A stretch of DNA of 64,000 bases from Bacilli bacterium (GTDB lineage Bacteria; Bacillota_I; Bacilli_A; RFN20; CAG-631). The position numbers were made by a program, and so were the translations under genes. The notes below the pieces were generated by a model, which did no database searches, was not told the DNA's origin, and worked only from the letters and a program-made list of their open reading frames with translations. Location of the stretch: contig CAAEBM010000057.1 of the NCBI GenBank assembly GCA_900754115.1, positions 73,000 through 136,999 of the forward strand, written 5' to 3'. Shown here piece after piece: positions 52,755-62,425 of this stretch; the stretch's first letter is position 1; the number at the start of each line of letters is the position of its first letter.

Positions 52755-54410
52755 TTATGCGATTAAAGATTGACGAATAGAAGGTACATAATCGGTTGGA
52801 GGATTATTTGGATCATAATCAGAAATTGGTCCTCCACCCGTAATATTTCCAAACATTTCTCCCCAACCGCCTTGGTAATTCAAATATTCTTGGAAATCAT
52901 TGTAATGATTATAGGTATAAAAGACATAGCGATCTTCTAAATTCGTAATTGGTGTACCATCAGCATAATAGCGAGAGTATACAATTCTTGCTGCTCCTCT
53001 TGTAATTTGATATCCATCATTATAGACTTCAGCAGGATATCGAGGGTCACAATCGGTTCCTGTTGTGCCAATATCTACTTCATAATATTTTAAATCTCCA
53101 TCTATGCCATAGATTCGTGGAAGTTTTGGTTCATAAGGGTACTTATCGACATCTCCAGAAAAGAAACTATTGTTTAATCTTAAATATTCACCCCATGGGG
53201 ATGCATAAGGTTGTGGATAATTATACCGGTCTGAGCAATAATTAATTGGGACATCTCCAAATGCATAAATATAAGCAGCAACTTCTTCTAATGTGACATA
53301 AGCAGCCCCACGATAAACTTCAAATGCAAGTTCTCCTTGAGCATCATACACATAATAGGTATTTTTATCAGAAGAAAAATGAGTATAACTATTGTGAATC
53401 AACATTCCATTAGATGAAGGTTGATTAGAAGAGATTGTAGGCTCTTGATCTTGACTTTGAATATCTCCTGACATGAGATTATATTCGCTTCGATACATCG
53501 CATCAAGATAACTAGAAGCCCGGGTATAATTTTGATAAAATTCTTCTCTATTGATATTTTCATAAGGATTGTTTGCTTTAACCGTAATAGTTAAAGTATT
53601 AGAAATCATTCCATCTTTTGTTTCTAAATAAAGATTAGCCATTCCTTCACTTAATCCTTTTACTATAATATTTCCTGAACTATTTCGTTGAACCGATATG
53701 ACATTAGAATAATCTACATGGAAAGTTGCTTGCGAAGCATCTTGATAAAGGACTTGAACAATTTCTTCTTGTCCAACATCTAAAATGGTATTAGTCATGA
53801 GAATTTCAAATTCATAAATGGTTAATTGCACTTCATTGGAAACAATTTGACCATATTTTGCAACAAGGGTTACTTCTCCTGCTTTTAAAGCTGTCACTTG
53901 ATTTTTTGTTATAGAAACAAACTCTTTTCCTTTTGTTGCTTCATAAGTCAATGTCACTTCTTTTTGGGGAATCGTTGTCGCACTTAAAGTTGTTTTTTCA
54001 TTCACTTTTAGCATTGAAGATGAAATCGAAAGTTCAATTTTTTGAATTTCTGTCTTCTGTTGTACAACTCGTACTTCAATAGAATCACTATATCCATTAA
54101 CAGAAGCTGTAATATTTGTAGTTCCTAGCCGTTGTGCCGTTACTAAACCTTGATCATCAACTTTGGCAATAGCGGGAAAATCACTTTCAAAAGTGATTGT
54201 TCCACTAACGCCAATCAAATCAACATGTAATTGAAGGGTAGTTTCAAGGGTCATTTCAATGCTTTCCCCTTCACTAATTTCAATTCTTTTAACTGGATTT
54301 TCATCTGATGTATGAGAAAAAAGGTCACATGCTGAAAGGCAAACTGAAGAAAGTAAAGCAAATACAATACCTAAGCAGTGGAACCATGATTTTTTATTTT
54401 TCATTTTCAT
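52755..54410 (-). CDS. lipoprotein with Ig-like (Big_2) repeats and a C-terminal barnase-family ribonuclease domain
   Basis: Signal peptide plus lipobox MKMKNKKSWFHCLGIVFALLSSVCLSAC. The C-terminus aligns with barnase: VAAYIYAFGDVPINY / YYEVDIG / YQITRGAARIVYS / YVFYTYNHYNDF against VADYLQTYHKLPDNY / WREADIN / FRNSDRILYSS / LIYKTTDHYQTF. Confidence 0.65.
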   Translation of the reverse strand: MKMKNKKSWFHCLGIVFALLSSVCLSACDLFSHTSDENPVKRIEISEGESIEMTLETTLQLHVDLIGVSGTITFESDFPAIAKVDDQGLVTAQRLGTTNITASVNGYSDSIEVRVVQQKTEIQKIELSISSSMLKVNEKTTLSATTIPQKEVTLTYEATKGKEFVSITKNQVTALKAGEVTLVAKYGQIVSNEVQLTIYEFEILMTNTILDVGQEEIVQVLYQDASQATFHVDYSNVISVQRNSSGNIIVKGLSEGMANLYLETKDGMISNTLTITVKANNPYENINREEFYQNYTRASSYLDAMYRSEYNLMSGDIQSQDQEPTISSNQPSSNGMLIHNSYTHFSSDKNTYYVYDAQGELAFEVYRGAAYVTLEEVAAYIYAFGDVPINYCSDRYNYPQPYASPWGEYLRLNNSFFSGDVDKYPYEPKLPRIYGIDGDLKYYEVDIGTTGTDCDPRYPAEVYNDGYQITRGAARIVYSRYYADGTPITNLEDRYVFYTYNHYNDFQEYLNYQGGWGEMFGNITGGGPISDYDPNNPPTDYVPSIRQSLIA

Positions 54411-54565
54411 CTTCCTTTTTATTACTTTATTATATTATAGTAACTTTTATTATTAAATGCAAAATAAAAAAAGCCTTCAGAAGTGAAAACATATTTTTTA
54501 TATTGATAATCTATTTTTACTCCGATATAATAAAAACAATATAATCAAAAAGGAGCGAACATAAA

Positions 54566-56203
54566 ATGACTAAAAAAGTAAAAAAATATTTGTTTTTACT
54601 GCCACTTCTTTTACTCTCATCGTGTAATGACAATGCAAATTCTTCCTCTTCAAATTCTCAACACATCGATATTCCACAACAAATTTTAAACACTTTAAAG
54701 CAAGATTTAGTTTTACAAATTGATTTAGAAAAAAGTGCAGTCGATAAACAAACTGATGAAAAATCCAATGTGGAACAAACTAAAATGAAAACCTATTTAG
54801 GTAGTGAGGAATATTGGAACTATGAATATGTCGATGATTTAGCTTTAAATGAATCACATTACTTTAAAAATAGTAATGGAAATGTCGTAAAAAAAATGAT
54901 TTCAATGGATAATCAATCCATTGTTGAAGAAGAAGTTTATTTATACGGAGAAACGTTAATTTTTGATGAAGTCTACTATAATCCTTTTAAAAGTTTAACA
55001 AAAAGTCAAATCAAAAAAATCAACGATTCGACCTATACAATCTCTGATTTAAGTGATGAACAATTAGAATCTATCCATGGTCAACTGACTTTATATTATG
55101 GAATGATTGCAACCATTGATATTATTGTCGATGAAAACGGCATAGTTCAATCTTTAACCTATGAAGCTTATTATGATTATGGAGATTATTCTCCTTATCT
55201 TATTGGTTATGCTTTTAATGGTACTTTTTTAAATAAAAGTGAACTTGAAATTAAAAACATAGAAGTAAGACCGCACCAAGATTATCATGACCCTTTACAA
55301 GAAAAATTAAATTTACTGCAAAATCAAAATTATGCATTTACTTATACAAAAATTGATCCAGATGGTAAAATTGAAGATGAAATTTATGATGTCACTATCA
55401 CTTCTGATATGATTTTTGTCCATCATATTAAAAAAGGAGTGATAGATGAATATGGATGGATGAATACTGAATCAGGTTTAGTAAAATTTTCTGTAGAAGA
55501 AACAGACGATGCCATCTATTTTAATGCTTTAGGAAAAGAGAATTCATCATTAACAATCCAACATTATCTCAATGATTTTTCCTTAAGTGCTGAAGCGTTT
55601 TCTTTTAATGGCATAGATTATTATCTAGATACTGGATATGGATTTTATTCTTATTTAGATCATTTTTTACCAAATCAGTGTGTAGAGGATTTAAAAGATG
55701 CACGTGTTATTGATGATGGTTCACTTACTTTATCATTAGAAGATGACCAAATGGCTATTCATTACACAATTTCAGGAAACTTATGGGAAGCAAGTATTGT
55801 TGTCACTCAATTTAGCGATGTTCAAATTCCTTATGATTCATATATTTATCAACCTTTTACGAATCCTACTTCATGGGAAGAAATGGAAGATTTCTATAAT
55901 GAACTCCTTACTATGATGGATGAATCCTTGATTAGTGAAATTCCATTTTATTACCCAGAAAAAGGGTGGGATACTACCCTAGTGATGGCATTTATGAATA
56001 CAGCTATGCTAAGTGTAGATTTTGAAAATGAAAAAGAAGCAAAAGATGTTTGTTTTGATTATATTATGAATATGATTTTATCTGGATTTATGGTATCTGA
56101 TAATGATGTAGATACTTATGAAAAGATAGTAGGAGAGACAACTCTTGCAATCAGTGCTTATTGTAATGGAAATACTTTTAATCTTTATATTGTAGTCAAT
56201 TAA
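54566..56203 (+). CDS. lipoprotein, unknown function
   Basis: MTKKVKKYLFLLPLLLLSSC lipobox. 545 aa. AAAGGAG RBS. Confidence 0.55.
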   Translation: MTKKVKKYLFLLPLLLLSSCNDNANSSSSNSQHIDIPQQILNTLKQDLVLQIDLEKSAVDKQTDEKSNVEQTKMKTYLGSEEYWNYEYVDDLALNESHYFKNSNGNVVKKMISMDNQSIVEEEVYLYGETLIFDEVYYNPFKSLTKSQIKKINDSTYTISDLSDEQLESIHGQLTLYYGMIATIDIIVDENGIVQSLTYEAYYDYGDYSPYLIGYAFNGTFLNKSELEIKNIEVRPHQDYHDPLQEKLNLLQNQNYAFTYTKIDPDGKIEDEIYDVTITSDMIFVHHIKKGVIDEYGWMNTESGLVKFSVEETDDAIYFNALGKENSSLTIQHYLNDFSLSAEAFSFNGIDYYLDTGYGFYSYLDHFLPNQCVEDLKDARVIDDGSLTLSLEDDQMAIHYTISGNLWEASIVVTQFSDVQIPYDSYIYQPFTNPTSWEEMEDFYNELLTMMDESLISEIPFYYPEKGWDTTLVMAFMNTAMLSVDFENEKEAKDVCFDYIMNMILSGFMVSDNDVDTYEKIVGETTLAISAYCNGNTFNLYIVVN

Positions 56204-56204
56204 A

Positions 56205-56237
56205 AAAAATACTGTGTGAAGTGCACAGTATTTTTTA
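56205..56237 (+). terminator. rho-independent terminator
   Basis: AAAAAAAATACTGTG-tgaag-TGCACAGTATTTTTT. Confidence 0.55.
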
Positions 56238-56528
56238 TTTATCAATGGTAAGCAACACATGATGAAGTAATAAAGCAAAATCTTTAATCGTTGCTTTAAA
56301 AAGAGAAATGTGTTTTTCAGATTGAATCAACATTTCCTTTTTTTCAATATTATAAGTAAATAGTTTAAGTTACCCTCCTGCTTTGAAAATATGATTGCTA
56401 AAATAAAAATTGATTTGACCCATTTACTTTCTTTCATTCATTGATTTTTCAAACACTAATTTTATTTTAGCATATTGCTTTCTTTTTTTATAAACAAACA
56501 AATACCATAATATTCATTTCTTTTGTAA

Positions 56529-57215
56529 TTATATAGAATAATAGGTTGCCCATTTTCTTTTTATTTTAGATTTATCAATAACTTTAAATGATGCTCCCAG
56601 TATTCCAAATAAATAAACAGTCACTGCACATACTTTATTTTTATCATCTATGTCATTAACTACTTCCATTAATTCTTCATCATTTAGATGAATATGAGTT
56701 AATTCATGAAAATATTTCTTTTTTCGGTAATAAATAATTAATGTATATTCAACATATTCTTCAACAATACTTATCTTCATTGAACCAAGTAGCCAGTCAT
56801 ACCCATAGATGGTTTCTGTTAACGATCCTTTTGTAATTTTTTTAAAAATATTTTGTAATTTTCTAGTTCGATCTCGATACATAAAAAACTGCTTTGGTTT
56901 GCCATTTCCATCTTTATTTATGCATACAAATGTCCATTCCCATTTTTTATTTACTACAACAAAATTTTGTATAGACATTTCATTTTCAAAAAAAGAAAAA
57001 TTTGCATCATAAGATTTTGTTTCTTGGTCTTTGTCTAGACAAAGACATATTGCATTCTGTTGATTTACTTTTTTAAATTCGTTTATGGCATCTTCATTGA
57101 CATAATAATCTAATTCATTTTTAGTCAAAAATAAATCTTCCAAAGAAAAATTATTTATTTTATTCATACAAAAAAACGTTTTTAGCCATTTTTTTTCAAA
57201 ATCTTTTTTATTCAT
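56529..57215 (-). CDS. hypothetical cytoplasmic protein (228 aa)
   Basis: Complete ORF in an AT-rich accessory region. No recognisable motif. Confidence 0.4.
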   Translation of the reverse strand: MNKKDFEKKWLKTFFCMNKINNFSLEDLFLTKNELDYYVNEDAINEFKKVNQQNAICLCLDKDQETKSYDANFSFFENEMSIQNFVVVNKKWEWTFVCINKDGNGKPKQFFMYRDRTRKLQNIFKKITKGSLTETIYGYDWLLGSMKISIVEEYVEYTLIIYYRKKKYFHELTHIHLNDEELMEVVNDIDDKNKVCAVTVYLFGILGASFKVIDKSKIKRKWATYYSI

Positions 57216-57260
57216 AAAACGCTCCTTTTTAAAGAATGATAATTATTAAATGATGAAACT

Positions 57261-58595
57261 TTACACTCTATAAAATTCGGAAACCAATAGTATATTTTCT
57301 TTAATCTTATATGCTAAACACAAATAATTTGTTTTACTAGTATATTTTAAATCAAAAAAATGATTGGTATCCAAATTATAGATTGTATAATAATCGAATT
57401 TTTTTGATTCATTACTAAAAGTTATAGGAATAAAATCTTTTTCTTGATTGCTCAAAGTTGGTTTAAAATTAGAAACATCAATCAATCTATCATTATTGAA
57501 ATAAATAATGCTTTCAGATTTTAATGCATTATGATATAAAACTGTCGTTTTTTGTTCATATTCTTTTTGAATAATTGTTGCTTCACTAGGGATATCAATT
57601 TGAATTTTTTGTTCGATAAAATCAATATAAGTTGCATTGGTATTATATTCATCTGCTAAAAAAAAGCTAAAACTTCCATAAATCAATAATGCGATGGTAA
57701 AGATACTTCCCACAATGATATTGCTTTTTACTTTATATTTTTCTATATTTTTTATTCCATAAATTATTGCTGCTAAAGGGATAGGGATAAAAAGGTATAA
57801 AATCCATAAGTTTTTAGTCATATAGTAAGATATTTCAAGATTGTATTGATAACGAACATTTACAATTGTTCCAATAATGATGATAGATAAGCAAATAGAT
57901 AAAATGGAAAGCACATTCAATAATACGGTCCATCGTCCCTTTTGACTAGAATAATTAGTCGTTTCCATTAAAAAATTAAAACCTTCAAGTGCAGTATTAT
58001 TTTTTATTGATTCACAAATCTTTTTAACTAAAGGAATGGATGTTTTTTCGTACACTTCTTCATCAAAAGTTTGATTTTGAATCATATTGAAAATCTTATT
58101 TGCCATGTATTGTTGTTTTTTATAAATGGAAAGTTTTAAATTTTGTAATTTATGAAGAAAGAAGATTGCTTGTTGAAGATCATGGTTAGCAATTGCAAAT
58201 AAAAACCGATAATAATATAATGTTTTAACTTTTTTTAGACCTTTGTTTTCATTCATTAAAACTATTGCTTTTTCTTCTTGTGATGAAATCATATAAATCA
58301 AGATGAGTCGCTGAATATTAAAATAATATTCTTGCAAACATAAACTATTTTGCAAAGCATGATTGTAATAAACCTCTAAATCATCATATTTCTTTTCATC
58401 AAAGAGTGGTTTTGCTTTTTTAGATACTATTTCGCATTTAATTAAATAATACAAGATAAAAAATAAAGTTAATGAAAAAATTCCGATGATAAAAATATAT
58501 ATGTTTGTAAAGACAATTGCTAAAATACTTAATATAACCAAAAGTATTAGATAAATCATATTTAATAATTTATTTTTCATTTTTTTACATCCCAT
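57261..58595 (-). CDS. hypothetical polytopic membrane protein (444 aa)
   Basis: Two N-terminal TM helices, internal TM helices and soluble regions. No recognisable motif. Confidence 0.4.
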   Translation of the reverse strand: MGCKKMKNKLLNMIYLILLVILSILAIVFTNIYIFIIGIFSLTLFFILYYLIKCEIVSKKAKPLFDEKKYDDLEVYYNHALQNSLCLQEYYFNIQRLILIYMISSQEEKAIVLMNENKGLKKVKTLYYYRFLFAIANHDLQQAIFFLHKLQNLKLSIYKKQQYMANKIFNMIQNQTFDEEVYEKTSIPLVKKICESIKNNTALEGFNFLMETTNYSSQKGRWTVLLNVLSILSICLSIIIIGTIVNVRYQYNLEISYYMTKNLWILYLFIPIPLAAIIYGIKNIEKYKVKSNIIVGSIFTIALLIYGSFSFFLADEYNTNATYIDFIEQKIQIDIPSEATIIQKEYEQKTTVLYHNALKSESIIYFNNDRLIDVSNFKPTLSNQEKDFIPITFSNESKKFDYYTIYNLDTNHFFDLKYTSKTNYLCLAYKIKENILLVSEFYRV

Positions 58596-58665
58596 TTCTC
58601 AATATATATACCATTTTTATGGAAGTTTTTCAAGATTTTGAAATTATCACAAGTTTAATAAAGAA

Positions 58666-59145
58666 TTAATTTTCCTTTAAATATAAATATGTATAAATTT
58701 CAGGTTCTACATTTGTAATATGAACACTACAATAATCGCCTACGTCAGCCCATTCTTCTCTTCCAGTTGTAAATGGCTTTAGCCAAGTGCCATTTTCATC
58801 TTTATATGCAATCAGTGTTCCCGTTGCTCCATTGAATGCATCTTTAAAATTTATAAAATCAAAAGTATATTTATTAGAATCTTTATCAATGACATAAAAT
58901 TCCAAACTATAAAATTTATCAGCAACTAAATCATGTATAACATTTTTACCATTGGAACTTTTAAAAGAATCTTTTGTTATTTCTGTAATGTTTAAAAAAC
59001 AGGATTGTGTATTATCGTAATCATTATATCCTGTGAATAAGCCCGGAACAAAATAATTGATTCGTTTGCTGAGAGAAGTGAAATGGCAAGAACATAATAA
59101 TAAAATTAATGGAAATAAACTAGCTAGCCTAATTTTTCTATTCAT
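58666..59145 (-). CDS. hypothetical lipoprotein (159 aa)
   Basis: MNRKIRLASLFPLILLLCSC lipobox. Confidence 0.45.
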   Translation of the reverse strand: MNRKIRLASLFPLILLLCSCHFTSLSKRINYFVPGLFTGYNDYDNTQSCFLNITEITKDSFKSSNGKNVIHDLVADKFYSLEFYVIDKDSNKYTFDFINFKDAFNGATGTLIAYKDENGTWLKPFTTGREEWADVGDYCSVHITNVEPEIYTYLYLKEN

Positions 59146-59368
59146 ATTTAATTCTCCCTTTTAATTGATTAAACTGAATATTAAATATAATGATTATAAA
59201 ATTCTTTATTTCAATTAAATTATTTCACATGAAGTAATTTTTGTCAATTTTAGGTTTTTTCTTTAAAGATTAGCAGTTTTTATGTTTCCATAGTAAAATA
59301 TTAACTTGTTTTTACAAATTTTGTTCGCTTGTATTAAACAAAACTATTAAAATTTTTAATAATAAAAA

Positions 59369-59411
59369 GGTAAGCTTACAATATGAGTGTAAACTTACCT
59401 AATTTTATTTT
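59369..59411. repeat. hairpin element copy 1 (GGTAAGCTTAC...GTAAACTTACC plus T-run)
   Basis: Imperfect inverted repeat carrying the same single mismatch as copy 2. T-rich 3' side. Confidence 0.5.
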
Positions 59412-59621
59412 TAAAAACTGCTTACTATTTTACTTTTTAAAATTGCTACTAATAATATACAAAGTATTATTTGTTATTAGGAAAAGATTTTAATTAATAT
59501 AAAATCTTTGGCATATTTAACTTTCATGTGCATGTAAATCCATTTCTCTCTATGATGATTTTAGTCTTAATAATCTATCGTTTTTATAGCATTTACGAGT
59601 GACTAATTGATTATAAATTTT

Positions 59622-60077
59622 TTATTTTTCAATAATATAGGCTGTATCAAATAATATTTGATTGTTACTCAACTTCTTTAAGAATTCTTTTAATTTTATA
59701 ACACCTTTAATTTTTTGATTTTTTTGATAATCTAATCTTATCATCAAACAAACTTTATTAATCGGTGATTCATTCAAATAGAATTCTAAAAGATTTTGTA
59801 TGAAATCTATGTTGACTTTTGTTTCATTAACAACAACATAAGACTTATGTCTATTATAGTATAAATCGAAAAATTCATTTGAGTATACTCCTAAATCCCT
59901 TGCCTTTGGCGTTATTTGGTACCACATGCCCCTAATTGAAGATAATATTTCCCATTCAAAATAATAGCAATGAGGATTTTTTTTACATTCTACATCAATA
60001 AAATCATTAGCAAACTCTTTATCTTTTTTTACTTTTTGCTCAATGCATATTAAATTAATATCAGATATAACGGTCAT
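59622..60077 (-). CDS. hypothetical cytoplasmic protein (151 aa)
   Basis: Complete ORF with GAAGGAG RBS. Flanked by the two hairpin-element copies. Confidence 0.45.
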   Translation of the reverse strand: MTVISDINLICIEQKVKKDKEFANDFIDVECKKNPHCYYFEWEILSSIRGMWYQITPKARDLGVYSNEFFDLYYNRHKSYVVVNETKVNIDFIQNLLEFYLNESPINKVCLMIRLDYQKNQKIKGVIKLKEFLKKLSNNQILFDTAYIIEK

Positions 60078-60208
60078 TTATAATCCTAACTCCTTCTCTA
60101 TTAGACTTAAATTTAAAAATATTGTTTTCTATTTTTATTTTATTATATCATAAATATAATATAAAGTTTTAAATTTAGCTTGCACGGATATATCTCCAAA
60201 ATAATGAA

Positions 60209-60250
60209 GGTAAGCTTATTCCTTCCTCGAATAAACTTACCCTATTTTGT
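60209..60250. repeat. hairpin element copy 2 (GGTAAGCTTATTC...GAATAAACTTACC plus T-run)
   Basis: Shares AAGGTAAGCTTA and AAACTTACC arms with copy 1, and the same G/A mismatch in the stem. Confidence 0.5.
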
Positions 60251-60603
60251 TGTATTTTTATTGTGAATCCTTATTTTTATACAAACAGTCGTCAACGTAT
60301 CGCCCATTTAATTTAATAAATTTTTTTCTTTATTTTTCTGTATATTTCCTGATATATTGATTTACATTTTTCATTTTTTTCAAAATGTCAAGAATCTAGA
60401 TATTAATAAATATAATTTAAGTGTATTAAAACTACGCTCAAATTGTAAATCATCAATAAAAAAGAACTACTTTCAAACATCTTTTTAATAGATAAATAAA
60501 AAAGCAAGAAGAAATAAACACACATTAAAAAAGACCATCTATTGTAATAATAGACAGCCATTTTGTATTTGAAAAATTTTTACATTTTCTCAAATTTGAT
60601 AAA

Positions 60604-60623
60604 AGCGACCGATAGCGACCGAT
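60604..60623. repeat. perfect tandem duplication of a 10-mer (AGCGACCGAT x2)
   Basis: GC-rich 20-bp tandem repeat inside AT-rich intergenic DNA. Confidence 0.5.
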
Positions 60624-60754
60624 TATTTTTTCTTATAACTAATTGAAGGTCCTGAACCGATTTGTTTATAAGTAAATTACAATATAATTCTAATTGAACT
60701 AATAATAGAAACACAAATAGAATTATTCCTCTTTTTGAACAACTCCAATAACTA

Positions 60755-60790
60755 AAAAAACCCTAAAATACTTACATTTTTAAGGGTTTT
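60755..60790 (-). terminator. terminator downstream of tRNA-Ser
   Basis: AAAAAAACCCTAAAA-tacttacat-TTTTAAGGGTTTT. Confidence 0.55.
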
Positions 60791-60820
60791 AAAGGCAAAT
60801 AGCCTAAAATTTTAAAGCAA

Positions 60821-60910
60821 TGGCGGAACAGGTGGGACTCGAACCCACGCACCAGTTGCCCAGCCTATATCCTTAGCAGGGATACCTCTTCACCACTTGA
60901 GTACTGTTCC
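60821..60910 (-). tRNA. tRNA-Ser (anticodon GCU), class II with long variable arm, CCA encoded
   Basis: Minus-strand sequence GGAACAG-TA-CTCAAGTGGTGAAGAG-G-TATCC-CTGCTAA-GGATA-long variable arm-GTGGG-TTCGAGT-CCCAC-CTGTTCC-GCCA. Cloverleaf folds; anticodon loop CU-GCU-AA. Confidence 0.85.
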
Positions 60911-61014
60911 AAGTTTGCTTTTGTATCTTACCATAAATTAAAAAATAATGCAATATTGTAGTGATAAAACATTTAATTCATGTTAGAATAGTAATGGTTT
61001 TGGAGGATACTTCA

Positions 61015-62412
61015 ATGGAACAAATAAAAGAAAAGAAAAAGAAAAATTTTTTAGATCGTTATTTTAAAATCACAGAAAAAGGATCAACCATTGGTAAAGA
61101 ATTGTTAGGTGGTTTAATTGTTTTTTTAGCAATGCTTTACATTTTACCTGTCAATACAAATATTTTAAGTGATACAGGAATGAGCAGTGGTGCTGTTTTT
61201 GCTGCAACAGCCATATGTAGTGCAATTTGTACGATTTTTATGGGAGTCTTTTCTAAATATCCTGTAGCTTTAAGTGCTGGGATGGGAATGAATGCTTTTA
61301 TTGCTTATACTGTATGTGGAACACTTGGTTATACGTGGGGAGAATCTCTAACATTAATCTTTTTTGCCGGAGTATTATTTTTTATCTTAACTTTAACTCC
61401 ATTAAGAGAAAAAATTATAAATGCTATTCCTCAAAGTTTAAAATACGCTATTAGTGCAGGACTAGGAGCATTCATCTGTTTTGTTGGTTTAAAAATGGGA
61501 GGAATTGTTGCTTCTTCAGAAAGTACATTAGTTGAACTTGGAGATTTAAGTAATCCTACCGTTTTATTAGGATTATTCGGAATTATTTTAGTTTTAGTTT
61601 TACTCACTTGCAAAAATGCTTTAATAAAAAAATTAGCAATTGTCATTGCAATGGTTTCCGTAGCAATTATCGGTTTGATTTTAGGACTTTGCAATGTGCC
61701 AGGAATGCCAAGTTTTTCTAATACGAATTTAGGAAGTGTTAGTGAAATTAAAGATACTTTTGGACAATGTTTCAATGCAAAGAATTTAAAAGTACTCGGA
61801 GATTTTAAATCATATGCTATAATGTTTTCATTGATTTTTGTCAATTTATTTGATACAACCGCTACTTTACTTGCTGTTGGAAAAGAAGCTGGAATGTTAA
61901 ATGAAAAAGGTGAATTAGTAGATGGGAAAAAAGCCATGTTAGCTGATGCAGGCGGAGCTTTTATTTGTGGGATTTTAGGTACATCTACTGTTACAAGTTT
62001 TGCTGAAAGTACTATTGGAGTAGAAAGTGGAGCACGCACAGGTTTATCTGCCACATTTACTGGACTTTTATTTGCATTAACAATTTTAATTTTCCCTGCT
62101 TTTTCAATTTTTATGCCCATAAATGGATTGACACCCATTACTTCTTTAGCTTTAGTTGCTGTTGGAGCAATGATGTTTTCAAATTTAAAACAATTAGAAT
62201 GGGAAAATAAAATCATTGTATTTGCTTCTTTTATTACCGTTATTATGATGTTATTGACATATTCTGTTTCCGATGGTTTAGGACTTGGATTAATCACTTA
62301 TAGTTTAATGATGATTTTTGCTGGAAAAGGAAAAGAAGTTCATCCATTTGTTTATGGTATTTCTGCATTCTTTGTATTAAACTATGTTTTAAGTACTACT
62401 GTATTTAAGTAA
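61015..62412 (+). CDS. AzgA/PbuG-family purine (guanine/hypoxanthine) permease, NCS2-related
   Basis: 12-TM transporter. N-terminus MEQIKEKKKKNFLDRYFKITEKGSTIGKELLGGLIVFLAMLYILPVN is typical of AzgA-like permeases. GGAGGA RBS. Confidence 0.7.
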   Translation: MEQIKEKKKKNFLDRYFKITEKGSTIGKELLGGLIVFLAMLYILPVNTNILSDTGMSSGAVFAATAICSAICTIFMGVFSKYPVALSAGMGMNAFIAYTVCGTLGYTWGESLTLIFFAGVLFFILTLTPLREKIINAIPQSLKYAISAGLGAFICFVGLKMGGIVASSESTLVELGDLSNPTVLLGLFGIILVLVLLTCKNALIKKLAIVIAMVSVAIIGLILGLCNVPGMPSFSNTNLGSVSEIKDTFGQCFNAKNLKVLGDFKSYAIMFSLIFVNLFDTTATLLAVGKEAGMLNEKGELVDGKKAMLADAGGAFICGILGTSTVTSFAESTIGVESGARTGLSATFTGLLFALTILIFPAFSIFMPINGLTPITSLALVAVGAMMFSNLKQLEWENKIIVFASFITVIMMLLTYSVSDGLGLGLITYSLMMIFAGKGKEVHPFVYGISAFFVLNYVLSTTVFK

Positions 62413-62425
62413 AAGAGGGATATTT

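Noticed and set aside
56250-56350. 32-aa minus-strand mini-ORF (MLIQSEKHISLFKATIKDFALLLHHVLLTIDK)
   Set aside because: Weak RBS context, no terminator or promoter pairing, and no conservation evidence. Probably chance.
60911-61014. Possible purine riboswitch upstream of the AzgA-like permease
   Set aside because: The 104-nt leader lacks the conserved purine-riboswitch core (no UAUA...GGAU...UCUACC-like junction); it is simply an AT-rich promoter region.
61431-62297. 288-aa minus-strand ORF
   Set aside because: Antisense to the AzgA-like permease gene. Its Pro/Ala/Lys-rich translation is typical of a spurious antisense frame in AT-rich DNA.
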